A stretch of 51,018 nt of DNA from Thermodesulfobacteriota bacterium (GCA_039715015.1 JBDLIE010000017.1:1-51018); one strand, 5' to 3'. Shown: positions 39,431-47,910, numbered from the stretch's first letter. Program-made: numbers and translations. Notes: generated from the sequence alone by a model not told the origin.

Positions 39431-39648
39431 GCAGGCAGGCGTGAATGTCGTCCTTAAGGGATCCATTTCTTATAATCCCCTATTTATACAATAAAAATCA
39501 AGGGGGAGTGTGCTGGAGGCATCATGTAGCTCCCGTCGCGTCCCTGGATCACCATATTACAGCAAAATATTCATAGTTTTATTCCTAGGAAGATCAGAAT
39601 GTTACGGCATAAAAGTCAACAAGAGAACAGGATTTTAGGGAGCAAGGC

Positions 39649-39677
39649 TTGACCTTAAAAAGAAAAATTACTACTTT
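39649..39677 (+). promoter_or_regulatory. Sigma-70-type promoter of the repeat-protein pair
   Basis: TTGACC-N17-TACTTT, ~55 bp upstream of ATG 39731. Confidence 0.5.
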
Positions 39678-39730
39678 GCCGGCCAGCAATTTAACTAAAC
39701 AACTTAACTCTTAATTACCAGCAAAGAGGA

Positions 39731-40897
39731 ATGATAATGTTCGAAAAGGCGAAAATAACAGGGTTGCTTGTTGCTCTCGTTGTCTGGGTGGCAGCCCTTC
39801 CGGCCCGGGCAGATCTCACTGTGGATCTGCAGAATTTGGTGGCAGAGGGGAGTGCGATAAACAGCAGTCTCACTTTTTTTAGTTTTACTGACCAGTCCTG
39901 CAGCGATCTCGGTCTTGTGAACGGGGACCTTGAAAATCTTGCCGCCACTGCCCAGGCTGTTACAGCCGGCTTGACCAATCCTCTCACTATCAGCACAGAA
40001 GATCTCGATTCCTTAGACAGCCTTTCCGGCATGGCAAAGGAAATGTCTTTGAACTCAGTGAGATTGAGCATGGAGCTCCAGGATATTGAAGAGGTTGCCG
40101 AACTTTTTGAGTACCGGGCTGCATTGAGCGCCATGCTGGAGCTGTCGGACGATATCGGCAGCATGGCTGATCGTATCTTAGAGATGGCCGACCGTATCCT
40201 GGCCATGGCCGACAATATCGGTGCTATGGCCGACCGTATCCTCATCACCCAGCAAATCCAGAACGCCAATATCGCCCTGACCCAGGCCTCTCTGCTTACC
40301 ACCCAGCAGAACATGGTGCTCCTCAGCCAGAGCGTCTCATCTATCATATATAATGTGAGCTTGGCTCTGGTTGTTTCTGACAGCAACAATCTCCTCGATG
40401 ACATGGCCGTACTTACTATCACCTCGGAAAACATGGCTCAGGAGCTTGACCGCCTGGAGGTAGGTACCAGTCTTCTTCTTACTGGGGTTGTTGATCTCTA
40501 CACCTGGATGAGTGTCAGCAGTCAGGGCGCCAGTCATTATATTAATGGTGACACCCTAACTTCCTTAGGTGATCTCTCAAATATCTACTCAGGCCTTGCC
40601 TTTTCTTTGGAAACCTATGCCGCCAGCATCAATCAGCTTGCGCCGCTCACCGACACCGTAATCCTCGCCGATGCCACGGCGTCAATGTTGCGGCTCAGTG
40701 CCGATATTGGCCTCATGGCCGGCAGGATAATGGAGATGGTGGATAAGATTATTGCCATGGCAGACAATATTGGCCTGATGGCCGATAATATTGTTGCCAC
40801 CCAGGAGCTTCAGCAGACCAATATAGAACTCACGGAAAGCTCTCTTCTTACGGCCCAGAATGTCACTATAACTACTATCAAGAATATGGGCCTGTAG
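39731..40897 (+). CDS. Secreted alpha-helical hypothetical protein A, duplicated domain with MAD(R/N)I heptad repeats
   Basis: Sec signal ending ARA; DDIGSMADRILEMADRILAMADNIGAMADRILITQ and a second diverged copy; AGAGGA RBS. Confidence 0.9.
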   Translation: MIMFEKAKITGLLVALVVWVAALPARADLTVDLQNLVAEGSAINSSLTFFSFTDQSCSDLGLVNGDLENLAATAQAVTAGLTNPLTISTEDLDSLDSLSGMAKEMSLNSVRLSMELQDIEEVAELFEYRAALSAMLELSDDIGSMADRILEMADRILAMADNIGAMADRILITQQIQNANIALTQASLLTTQQNMVLLSQSVSSIIYNVSLALVVSDSNNLLDDMAVLTITSENMAQELDRLEVGTSLLLTGVVDLYTWMSVSSQGASHYINGDTLTSLGDLSNIYSGLAFSLETYAASINQLAPLTDTVILADATASMLRLSADIGLMAGRIMEMVDKIIAMADNIGLMADNIVATQELQQTNIELTESSLLTAQNVTITTIKNMGL

Positions 40898-40920
40898 GCG
40901 CCTTGCATTCGGAGAAAAAA

Positions 40921-42087
40921 ATGAAAAGATTAATGCAATACTCTTTGATGATCGTTGTTCTGATGGCGGCAGTGGCCCTGCCGCAACAATCCCGGGCCAC
41001 TGTCACAAGCGATGTCCAGGCTCTGGTTGCAGAGGCTCATGCCCTGCAGAGCCGGCTTGTTGGCACCCAGGTCACCCCTGGTGCCATTTGTGCGCCGCTG
41101 GTAAGCGCGGGCCAGGCAGCCCGGAGCATGGTGAAAAGCATTGAGTCTGTTAACAGCGGCCTGGTGGCACCCCTCACCATTGATGATGGTCTGATGACCG
41201 CCTTGGAGGATCTTTCTCTGGCCAATGTCCAGATTGGTGATGAGGCGTTACGTCTGGCTATGGATGTTCAGGTTTTGGCTCCCAGCGTCGATGCCCTGTC
41301 CATCAAAGATGGCCTGACTGCCATGCTGCAGCTCTCTGATGATATCGGCGCCATGGCGGATCGTATTGGTGAAATGGCGGATAATATCCTTGTCATGGCC
41401 GATAACATCGGCATCATGGCTGATCGTATTTTGTTGACCCAGCAGATCCAGAGCCAGAACCTGGCCCTCACCCAGCAGTCCATTCTTCAAACCCAGACCA
41501 ATATGCTCACTCTGGTGTCAGTGGTGGAAACAGCAACCTATGATCTTGATTTGAATACGCTGATTATCCAGGGTGAATTACTTGCTGCTGATCTGGCCGC
41601 CACTGTTTTTAGTCCTTTTACTATCAAGTATCAGCTTGCTGGTGCTGCGGCTGATGTTAACAATTTTCTGGCCCAGGTAAAGGCCATGGAGGAGAGCCTG
41701 AAGGCGGTGAGCGCCGGCAGTACCGTGACGGTGGACAGTAGCACCCTGACCAGCCTGGTGAACCTGTCCAGCATGGCCACCTCGGTTTCCACGGTTTTAG
41801 ATGGTTACATCCTGGTCATTCAGAGTATGCAGGCAATGATTTTTGACCGCAACCTCGATGCTTCCTTGTCCAGTATGCTTGCCATGTCTGCCGATATCGG
41901 CATGCTTGCCAATTCGATTCTGGAGATGGCGGATCTTATTTTGGTAATGGCGGACAATATCGGTCTGGCCGCTGAGCAGATTATTCTCACCCAGCAACTG
42001 CAAAGCGGTTATCTGGCCATCAGTCAGGCCTCTATTCTGGCAACCCAGGAAATGGCTATAGGGATAATCGTGGCCCAGAATTTGTAA
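40921..42087 (+). CDS. Secreted alpha-helical hypothetical protein B, paralog of protein A
   Basis: GGAG before ATG 40921; signal ending SRA; DDIGAMADRIGEMADNILVMADNIGIMADRILLTQ plus second copy. Confidence 0.9.
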   Translation: MKRLMQYSLMIVVLMAAVALPQQSRATVTSDVQALVAEAHALQSRLVGTQVTPGAICAPLVSAGQAARSMVKSIESVNSGLVAPLTIDDGLMTALEDLSLANVQIGDEALRLAMDVQVLAPSVDALSIKDGLTAMLQLSDDIGAMADRIGEMADNILVMADNIGIMADRILLTQQIQSQNLALTQQSILQTQTNMLTLVSVVETATYDLDLNTLIIQGELLAADLAATVFSPFTIKYQLAGAAADVNNFLAQVKAMEESLKAVSAGSTVTVDSSTLTSLVNLSSMATSVSTVLDGYILVIQSMQAMIFDRNLDASLSSMLAMSADIGMLANSILEMADLILVMADNIGLAAEQIILTQQLQSGYLAISQASILATQEMAIGIIVAQNL

Positions 42088-42140
42088 GCTGAAGCAGTAA
42101 GCAGAAATAGGGGCAGAATGGAGCTCTGTTTTCCCCAATA

Positions 42141-42179
42141 AAAAAAAGCGCCTTGTTCATATATGAACAAGGCGCTTTT
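42141..42179. terminator. Bidirectional terminator between protein B and tRNA-Arg
   Basis: Perfect 36-bp palindrome AAAAGCGCCTTGTTCATATATGAACAAGGCGCTTTT (42144-42179) with A/T tracts on both sides. Confidence 0.85.
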
Positions 42180-42187
42180 GTCGTTTC

Positions 42188-42264
42188 TGGTACACCAGGC
42201 AGGATTCGAACCTGCGACCCCATGATTCGTAGTCATGTACTCTATCCAGCTGAGCTACTGGTGC
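42188..42264 (-). tRNA. tRNA-Arg(ACG)
   Basis: GCACCAG acceptor, TAGCTCAGCTGGATAGAG D-arm, anticodon loop CTACGAA, GGTTCGAATCC, encoded CCA; 77 nt. Confidence 0.97.
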
Positions 42265-42278
42265 GCAATGAAGAGCTG

Positions 42279-42307
42279 TTTATAACGCACTTGGCGGGTT
42301 TGGGCAA
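42279..42307 (-). promoter_or_regulatory. Sigma-70 promoter of tRNA-Arg
   Basis: TTGCCC-N17-TATAAA, 14 nt upstream of the tRNA 5' end. Confidence 0.65.
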
Positions 42308-42660
42308 GTGGATTTTGTGTCAAGCTTTTTGTCAATGTTCCGGAGGTGAAAAAGGTTACTTTTGCGCCTGTTTGCGATAATCGGATAATTCTTTTTTACT
42401 CTCTTGGCCCTCTCCGGGGCAGGTGTCCTGAGTTGGCATTCTTGGAAATCCCTCAAGTTAAGTAGACAGACGGAAAAGCGTATTGTTGGCGGCCGGAAGA
42501 AGTTTGCGGGGCGCTATGGCCGCTATGGCCATTGGCAGAGTGCTGCCAGCCTCTATAAGGCCCGAATCAAAAAAAATATCTCAAAGCATATCGCAGCAGC
42601 CTGCAAAGGATGCAGGAAAGTTAACAGCTAAATCTGGTCGTCATTTCACCGCGAGTTTGG

Positions 42661-44925
42661 CTACCAGACTGACCGTAGGCCCTGTTTTTTCCTGATCTGG
42701 TCGATTCGTCTCTCCAAATCAATGCGCCAGTTGGCATGGATGCGTGCCCCTGAAGGGCCGATGAGTTCCGGCAATCCGTAGACAAGACGGTCAGCGGCCC
42801 GGCTTGCCTCAATCACTGCTTCAATGGAGCGGGCCCCGAATTTGTACTGGGCCAGGAGGAGGCGCAGGAGGAGCCCCGATGTCTTTCTGGCCGCTTTCTT
42901 CCAGTGGGTGTCCATCTGGTGGGCAATGATGAAGGCCCTCTTTAAAAGAATACGGCGCAGGTCTTCCAGTTCAACAGCAGTTGCGGAATCACGGAGCAGG
43001 TCCTCAGGGATTTCGATACCGTCAATATCAAGAACCACTCTCAGCCGGCTCATGAAATCCGGTATCTTCAACGTCTTGGCCTGCTGCAGTTCGGCAGAAT
43101 CTTCAGTGCTAAGCAACGCCTCCATTCCTTCCCAGTTAGATTTGACCCCGCCGGCAAAGACGAAAATGGAACGGCCGATATAGTAGGGGGTGCCATGGAC
43201 ATAGGTGACCCCGTCCTGCATGGAGGGCAGGAAATAGCGGAGATAGCCGAACTCGTTGTTGTTGTAGCGGCAGTCAAACTCGTCCCAGAAGGTGATGGGC
43301 ACCTTGCCCTGGGCGACCGAGGCGCGGATGAGGTCAATGGATGAGTTGATTTCGTTAGGGTCTGAAAACTGGGTGAGGTTGAACTCGAAGAAGTCAAAGG
43401 GGTCGGTATCAAATTTTTTGCCGATCACCCGCGCTACTTCCTTAACGGAAAAAGATTTCCCGGAGCCTGGAGGGCCAAAGACGCCGATACATAAAGGACG
43501 TTGAAAACTTTCCTTGCTGACATAGGAGTCCATGACGGACTGCAGGGTGAGGACCGGACCGATTTCTGCCGGGTCTGTGGTGCGAAGATGGCCGATATTG
43601 TACATGCGCAGGGTCTCGAAACCGCTCTTGTGGCTCACCTCATCTTTGAGATAATGAAGGACCTCAAGGATGACATCCATATAGCCGTGGCTGCCCGTGA
43701 AGGTAGCGCCGATCTTGGCTCTTTTCGCTTGATCAAAAAAGGAGCGCAGACCCTGGCGTTTATCGGCATCCCATATCTGGCTGGAAACTTTTTCCAGGCT
43801 GCGGTCAAACTCCGGTGAAAAGGTGGGGAGTTCAATGAAGAAAGGGTCATAGTCTTCATCGCTATCGCAGCAGTCGTCACCAAGATAATCACTGCTCAGA
43901 TCCAGGGAGGGGAACTCAAGGGTGTCGGAAAAATAATAGCCATGCTCATAAAGCCAGTGCCAGTTAGCCAGAACCTTCTTCGACAAGACCAGGGAATGGC
44001 AGCGGCCAGATATCAGGGATTTTGAGCGGATAAATTCCATGGCCAGCATGGAGGTGACCAGGGTGTCGTAGGCTGGTACCGAGCCCTTCTGGCGCGGGGA
44101 GCTTTTTTCCGGCAGGCTTCCTCCCCGATGGCGGAAGTAGACGTTGTCCGGGGTGATAGAGAGCAGGCCATGGGGAAACATCTCCACCATGATATGGCAG
44201 CGAAAACGCTGCGCTCTGGCATCCCAGAGGCCGACCTCCGGAGAGCGCAGGGCGCGCAAAGACATAGCGACAATGGACTCCCAGACCACCGAGCTGTCCA
44301 TCTCCATCCGGGTAGTTTCCAGGTCGGAAAGGCGGGCAAAGAGCATGAAATTCTCACCAAACTCTTTGGCCCAATCGGCCCAGTGGGCCACACTGATCCC
44401 CATGGCAATGACCCAGGCCTTGGGGTTTGCTTTTTTAAGATCGGCAGAGACCTGGGGTGGTCGGCCGCCATCATCAATGATCAAAATACCGTCATGACCG
44501 CTGAGTTCTTCACTGTTTTCCTCGGTGAAGGCGAAGGATTGCTCGTCATCGCCACGTCCGGCATAGGGCAGGATCTGGTGGACCATGAACCAGCCGTGGT
44601 CCTTCTCAATCTCGGGGCGTTGATATTTTCGGAAAATCTGGAAGATGTCTTTCTGTTCGCCATAGGTGAAGGTGGTGATCTTCGGGGAAAGATTGGCTGA
44701 GGTAAGGTAGGCGGCAAGCCAGGTCAAACACTGATCAAGGCGGCCATTTTCCACCTCCACCTTGCCAGCCAGCAGCTCGACAAAATCACCGGGATTGTAG
44801 CCATAGGCAGGCAGGCTGCCCTCTTCAAGGAGGCTGACCTCCTTAATAGCAATATTGCGGATCTTAACGTTTGATCCTAAAAAAAGAATTTTCTGAGATG
44901 TTTCTTCCTGTGGTTGTTTCGGCAT
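42661..44925 (-). CDS. Uncharacterised AAA+ ATPase with large unassigned N-terminal region
   Basis: GPPGSGKS Walker A, ITFWDEFD Walker B, FVFAGG, PDFMSRL, GARSIE. Confidence 0.85.
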   Translation of the reverse strand: MPKQPQEETSQKILFLGSNVKIRNIAIKEVSLLEEGSLPAYGYNPGDFVELLAGKVEVENGRLDQCLTWLAAYLTSANLSPKITTFTYGEQKDIFQIFRKYQRPEIEKDHGWFMVHQILPYAGRGDDEQSFAFTEENSEELSGHDGILIIDDGGRPPQVSADLKKANPKAWVIAMGISVAHWADWAKEFGENFMLFARLSDLETTRMEMDSSVVWESIVAMSLRALRSPEVGLWDARAQRFRCHIMVEMFPHGLLSITPDNVYFRHRGGSLPEKSSPRQKGSVPAYDTLVTSMLAMEFIRSKSLISGRCHSLVLSKKVLANWHWLYEHGYYFSDTLEFPSLDLSSDYLGDDCCDSDEDYDPFFIELPTFSPEFDRSLEKVSSQIWDADKRQGLRSFFDQAKRAKIGATFTGSHGYMDVILEVLHYLKDEVSHKSGFETLRMYNIGHLRTTDPAEIGPVLTLQSVMDSYVSKESFQRPLCIGVFGPPGSGKSFSVKEVARVIGKKFDTDPFDFFEFNLTQFSDPNEINSSIDLIRASVAQGKVPITFWDEFDCRYNNNEFGYLRYFLPSMQDGVTYVHGTPYYIGRSIFVFAGGVKSNWEGMEALLSTEDSAELQQAKTLKIPDFMSRLRVVLDIDGIEIPEDLLRDSATAVELEDLRRILLKRAFIIAHQMDTHWKKAARKTSGLLLRLLLAQYKFGARSIEAVIEASRAADRLVYGLPELIGPSGARIHANWRIDLERRIDQIRKKQGLRSVW

Positions 44926-44961
44926 GACGGGCTCAATTAAGCAAGGGTTAAAGGGAAGAAA

Positions 44962-44990
44962 AAGTTAGCACTAATGATAATTATTATCAA
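44962..44990 (-). promoter_or_regulatory. Fur box inside the promoter of the AAA+ ATPase gene
   Basis: Perfect 7-1-7 TGATAAT-T-ATTATCA (44975-44989) within TTGATA-N17-TAACTT with TGn extension. Confidence 0.7.
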
Positions 44991-45086
44991 GAGGTAAATA
45001 GCTTAAAAGATACAATATATGTAGCTTGAGTATAGGCATGGCCGAGTGGAAAAGTAAAGATGGTGGGGCTGTACTGCAGAGGTGGG

Positions 45087-46211
45087 TCAGTGGTCAGAAA
45101 ACAGAGTTTGCAATTTTTCTTCGAGCAGATCCTGCTGCCTTTCAATGCTTGCTGTCAAACGAAATTGGGCTGCGGCACGCTGCAGGGTCTCTTCAGGGCT
45201 TGCAGTCTTAAAATAATGGCAGCCCTGGAGATAGTCGGTGAAGAAACGCAAACCCAGTTCCAGGGGAATGAGGCGAATGGCAGCCAGGAGATATTTTTTG
45301 TCACTGGCATTAAGAAGATGGCGGCCATCCTCAAGAAAACCGTGAAGAATTTCCAGACATATATCACGGTCAAAACAGGTAGTGTCCAGATCATAGGCGC
45401 AGCCACCGGGATTGCAGCAGGAGCGCAGACAGTCGCCGATATCATACAGCAGCAGGCCCGGCCCTACGGTATCGAGATCAATCAGGGCGCAGGCCCGGGA
45501 TGTTTCCTGGTCAAAGAGAATATTGGCAAGTTTGGGGTCACCATGGATGGTGGTGGTTTGCAGTTCACCGCGAAGGCGGGCCTCCTCAAGGATGGCAACG
45601 AAACCACGATGCTCTTCAATGAAATTTTGACATTCTGCAGCAAGAGCGTTTTTGGGGCAGGAGGGATTGGTGCTCAGCGCCGCTTCATAGAGCCGGAAAT
45701 AATGGGGCGTCTCATGAAAATGGGGAATTGTGATATGGAGACCGGCAGCCGGAATTTCCCTGGCCAGGTTGTGGAAGATGGCCAAGGCCCTGCCAACCTC
45801 TCTGGCCTGGTGCTGGGAGGTAAGGCTGGAAAGGGTTGTGGTGTTGCCAATATAGCTTAGGGCCCGCCAGGTGCCGTGGTTATCACACCACCACTGGTTG
45901 CCCGCAAGGGTGGTAAGAAGCTGGGGGATGGCCCATCTCCTGTGGGGAACGAAGCGGTGGAGATGCTCAGCAGGAAGAGAGTTGTTCAGAGTGGCCAGGT
46001 TCTCGCAAATCAGTTCAGGTGCATTAAAGGCCTGAGGACTGAGGCGTTGGAGAATGAATGCAGGCTGGTCGTTGCTGCTGACGAGAAAGGTGTCGTTTAT
46101 GTTGCCGGCGCCGATTTCATCAATTTGCAGCCCGTTCTCCCCAGAGATAAATTGGCGGGCGGCCTCATGGGCCTTTTGCAGTTGGCTGCTATCCATACGA
46201 GTCCTGATCAC
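45087..46211 (-). CDS. APH/choline-kinase-fold phosphotransferase (N-acetylhexosamine kinase-like)
   Basis: GAGNINDTF, TIPHFH, HGDPKLANILFD, IDLDTV, YDIGD, ELGLRFFTDYL; GTGA overlap with cbiH. Confidence 0.88.
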   Translation of the reverse strand: MIRTRMDSSQLQKAHEAARQFISGENGLQIDEIGAGNINDTFLVSSNDQPAFILQRLSPQAFNAPELICENLATLNNSLPAEHLHRFVPHRRWAIPQLLTTLAGNQWWCDNHGTWRALSYIGNTTTLSSLTSQHQAREVGRALAIFHNLAREIPAAGLHITIPHFHETPHYFRLYEAALSTNPSCPKNALAAECQNFIEEHRGFVAILEEARLRGELQTTTIHGDPKLANILFDQETSRACALIDLDTVGPGLLLYDIGDCLRSCCNPGGCAYDLDTTCFDRDICLEILHGFLEDGRHLLNASDKKYLLAAIRLIPLELGLRFFTDYLQGCHYFKTASPEETLQRAAAQFRLTASIERQQDLLEEKLQTLFSDH

Positions 46212-46984
46212 TCACTGATCTTATACTTTTTATGATAGCCCCTGGGGGTGATCATCACCCCTTGCCAGGTATAGGTGGTGGAGTTACCAATGATCACTGT
46301 GGATTGCATATTGACCTCAGCCTTATGAAGTTCGCCCAGGGTGGTGAGGGCAATGGTTTCATGCCCACGGGTGGCAGCGGTGACAATACCCACCGGTGTT
46401 TGCGGCTCCCGGTATTTGAGGGCGATTTCCTGGGCCCGCAAAAGTTGGCTGGTCCGTTTTTTTGACTTGGGATTATAGATCACCATGACAAAGTCGGCAG
46501 AGGCGGCCGCATCAAGGCGTTTTTCGATGAGCTCCATGGGGGTGAGGAGATCAGAAAGGGAGATGGCGGCAAAATCATGCATGAGCGGCGCGCCCAGGCG
46601 GGCGGCACAGGAGTTTAGCGCGGCAAGGCCTGGAATGATTTCCACCTTCACCTTGGGTGCATTTTCAATAACCACCTCATAAATAAGCCCGGCCATGGCA
46701 TAGATGCCTGGGTCGCCGCCGCAGATCAGCGCAACCTTTTTGCCGGTGTCAGCCAGTTCCACGGCCTTGCGGCAGCGGTCCACCTCCTGCATCATCTGAG
46801 AGGACAACACCTCTTTGCCCTCAAGAAGTTGGGGAATCAGGTCAAGGTAGGTTTTATAGCCCACGACAATATCAGCCGCGGCAATGGCCTTACTGGCCTG
46901 GGGAGTTATATGGTCTACGCTTCCTGGCCCGGTGCCAACCACGGCCACGGAGCCTGGGCCAGAGCAATTGTTACATCCTGCCAT
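46208..46984 (-). CDS. cobJ: Precorrin-3B / Co-precorrin-3 C17-methyltransferase (CbiH/CobJ)
   Basis: VVGTGPG, VGYKTY, GGDPGIYAMAG, GAPLMHDFAAISLSDLLTP, YNPKS, MITPRGY. Confidence 0.95.
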   Translation of the reverse strand: MAGCNNCSGPGSVAVVGTGPGSVDHITPQASKAIAAADIVVGYKTYLDLIPQLLEGKEVLSSQMMQEVDRCRKAVELADTGKKVALICGGDPGIYAMAGLIYEVVIENAPKVKVEIIPGLAALNSCAARLGAPLMHDFAAISLSDLLTPMELIEKRLDAAASADFVMVIYNPKSKKRTSQLLRAQEIALKYREPQTPVGIVTAATRGHETIALTTLGELHKAEVNMQSTVIIGNSTTYTWQGVMITPRGYHKKYKISE

Positions 46985-47910
46985 TTCTGTTTTCCTATGA
47001 TAAGTTGGCCTCCGCCACTGCTTAAAAGAGCAGCAGGTTCGGCAACGCCCTGGGCGCCGGTGGCCTTGACTACGGCCGGCGATGGGACCAGGTCTGGAAC
47101 TTGGTTTAATTCATCTTTAGAATAAAAATCTATGGGGTATCTATTCTGCCTGGCAAATTCCAGCAATCCTTTTTCGTCATTTTTTAAATCTATGGAGGCA
47201 AGATTGCGGATGGATTGTATGGCCAGGTTTTCTTGGTCACAGAGTTCCTGCAGTGCCCCAGCAAAGGCAGGAGCCGGGGTGCCGCGGTTGCATCCCATTC
47301 CTGCCACCAGGTTACGGGGATGGAGATGGGGCTGCTGGCCAGCAACATCTGATCTGTTCGAGATGATAAGGTCGGCCTGGTCCGGATCAGTAATAATGAC
47401 GAAGTCGGCAGGCCACGGGGGGAACTCTAAGTCGCTGTAGACCTGGAGGCTGCCCTTATTGACCAGAGTAGTCATGGCTTTGGTTAAACGGCTTTTGTCA
47501 GCAACCACCAGTCCATGATTTCGGGCCCAGATATCAAGGGCCGTGTGGCCAAGGACATCGGAGGCCGTGGTGATCACCGCCTGGCCGCCGCTTATGGCCG
47601 CCAGCTGCCGGGCCAGATCATTGCCGCCGCCAAGATGGCCGGAGAGGAGGCTGATCACGAAACTGCCCTGCTCATCCATGACCAATACACAGGGGTCCGT
47701 TTTTTTGTCGACAACCAGTTGCGCCAGGGCGCGGACAACAATGCCACTGGCCATGATGCAGATAAAGGCGTCGTAACGGGGCCAGGCCTCAGCCAGGATC
47801 GTGCTGAATTTTTCCTCGCTGCTGACAAAGGTGGCATCAGGCAGCTTTGTTGCCAGGCGTTGGGCCAACTCCTTGCCGCCGTTGGTTATGGCCAGGATGG
47901 CGATTTTCAT
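46915..47910 (-). CDS. cbiG: Cobalt-precorrin-5A hydrolase CbiG
   Basis: MASGIVVR, DKKTDP, ISLLSGHLGGGN, VITTASD, GMGCNRG, GVAEPAAL. Confidence 0.95.
   Translation of the reverse strand: MKIAILAITNGGKELAQRLATKLPDATFVSSEEKFSTILAEAWPRYDAFICIMASGIVVRALAQLVVDKKTDPCVLVMDEQGSFVISLLSGHLGGGNDLARQLAAISGGQAVITTASDVLGHTALDIWARNHGLVVADKSRLTKAMTTLVNKGSLQVYSDLEFPPWPADFVIITDPDQADLIISNRSDVAGQQPHLHPRNLVAGMGCNRGTPAPAFAGALQELCDQENLAIQSIRNLASIDLKNDEKGLLEFARQNRYPIDFYSKDELNQVPDLVPSPAVVKATGAQGVAEPAALLSSGGGQLIIGKQKWQDVTIALAQAPWPWLAPGQEA

Noticed and set aside
39715..40434. 239-aa antisense ORF (also 2550-3665, 13263-14300, 45060-45860 and similar)
   Set aside because: Shadow ORFs opposite well-supported genes, with no recognisable motifs
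40150..41985. CRISPR array or VNTR from the 21-bp periodic sequence
   Set aside because: Repeats are in-frame, vary at synonymous positions and have no unique spacers; they encode protein heptads. No cas genes
28600..42264. T2SS/repeat-protein block as an island integrated at tRNA-Arg
   Set aside because: Position at the tRNA 3' side is suggestive, but I found no duplicate of the tRNA 3' end and no integrase in the window
44965..44991. CIRCE (HrcA) element suggested by TTAGCACT
   Set aside because: The second half-site GAGTGCTAA is absent after the 9-bp spacer; the sequence fits a -10 element plus Fur box better
45087..46211. Aminoglycoside resistance gene
   Set aside because: Shares only the kinase fold; motifs fit the amino-sugar kinase-like branch and context is a biosynthetic operon
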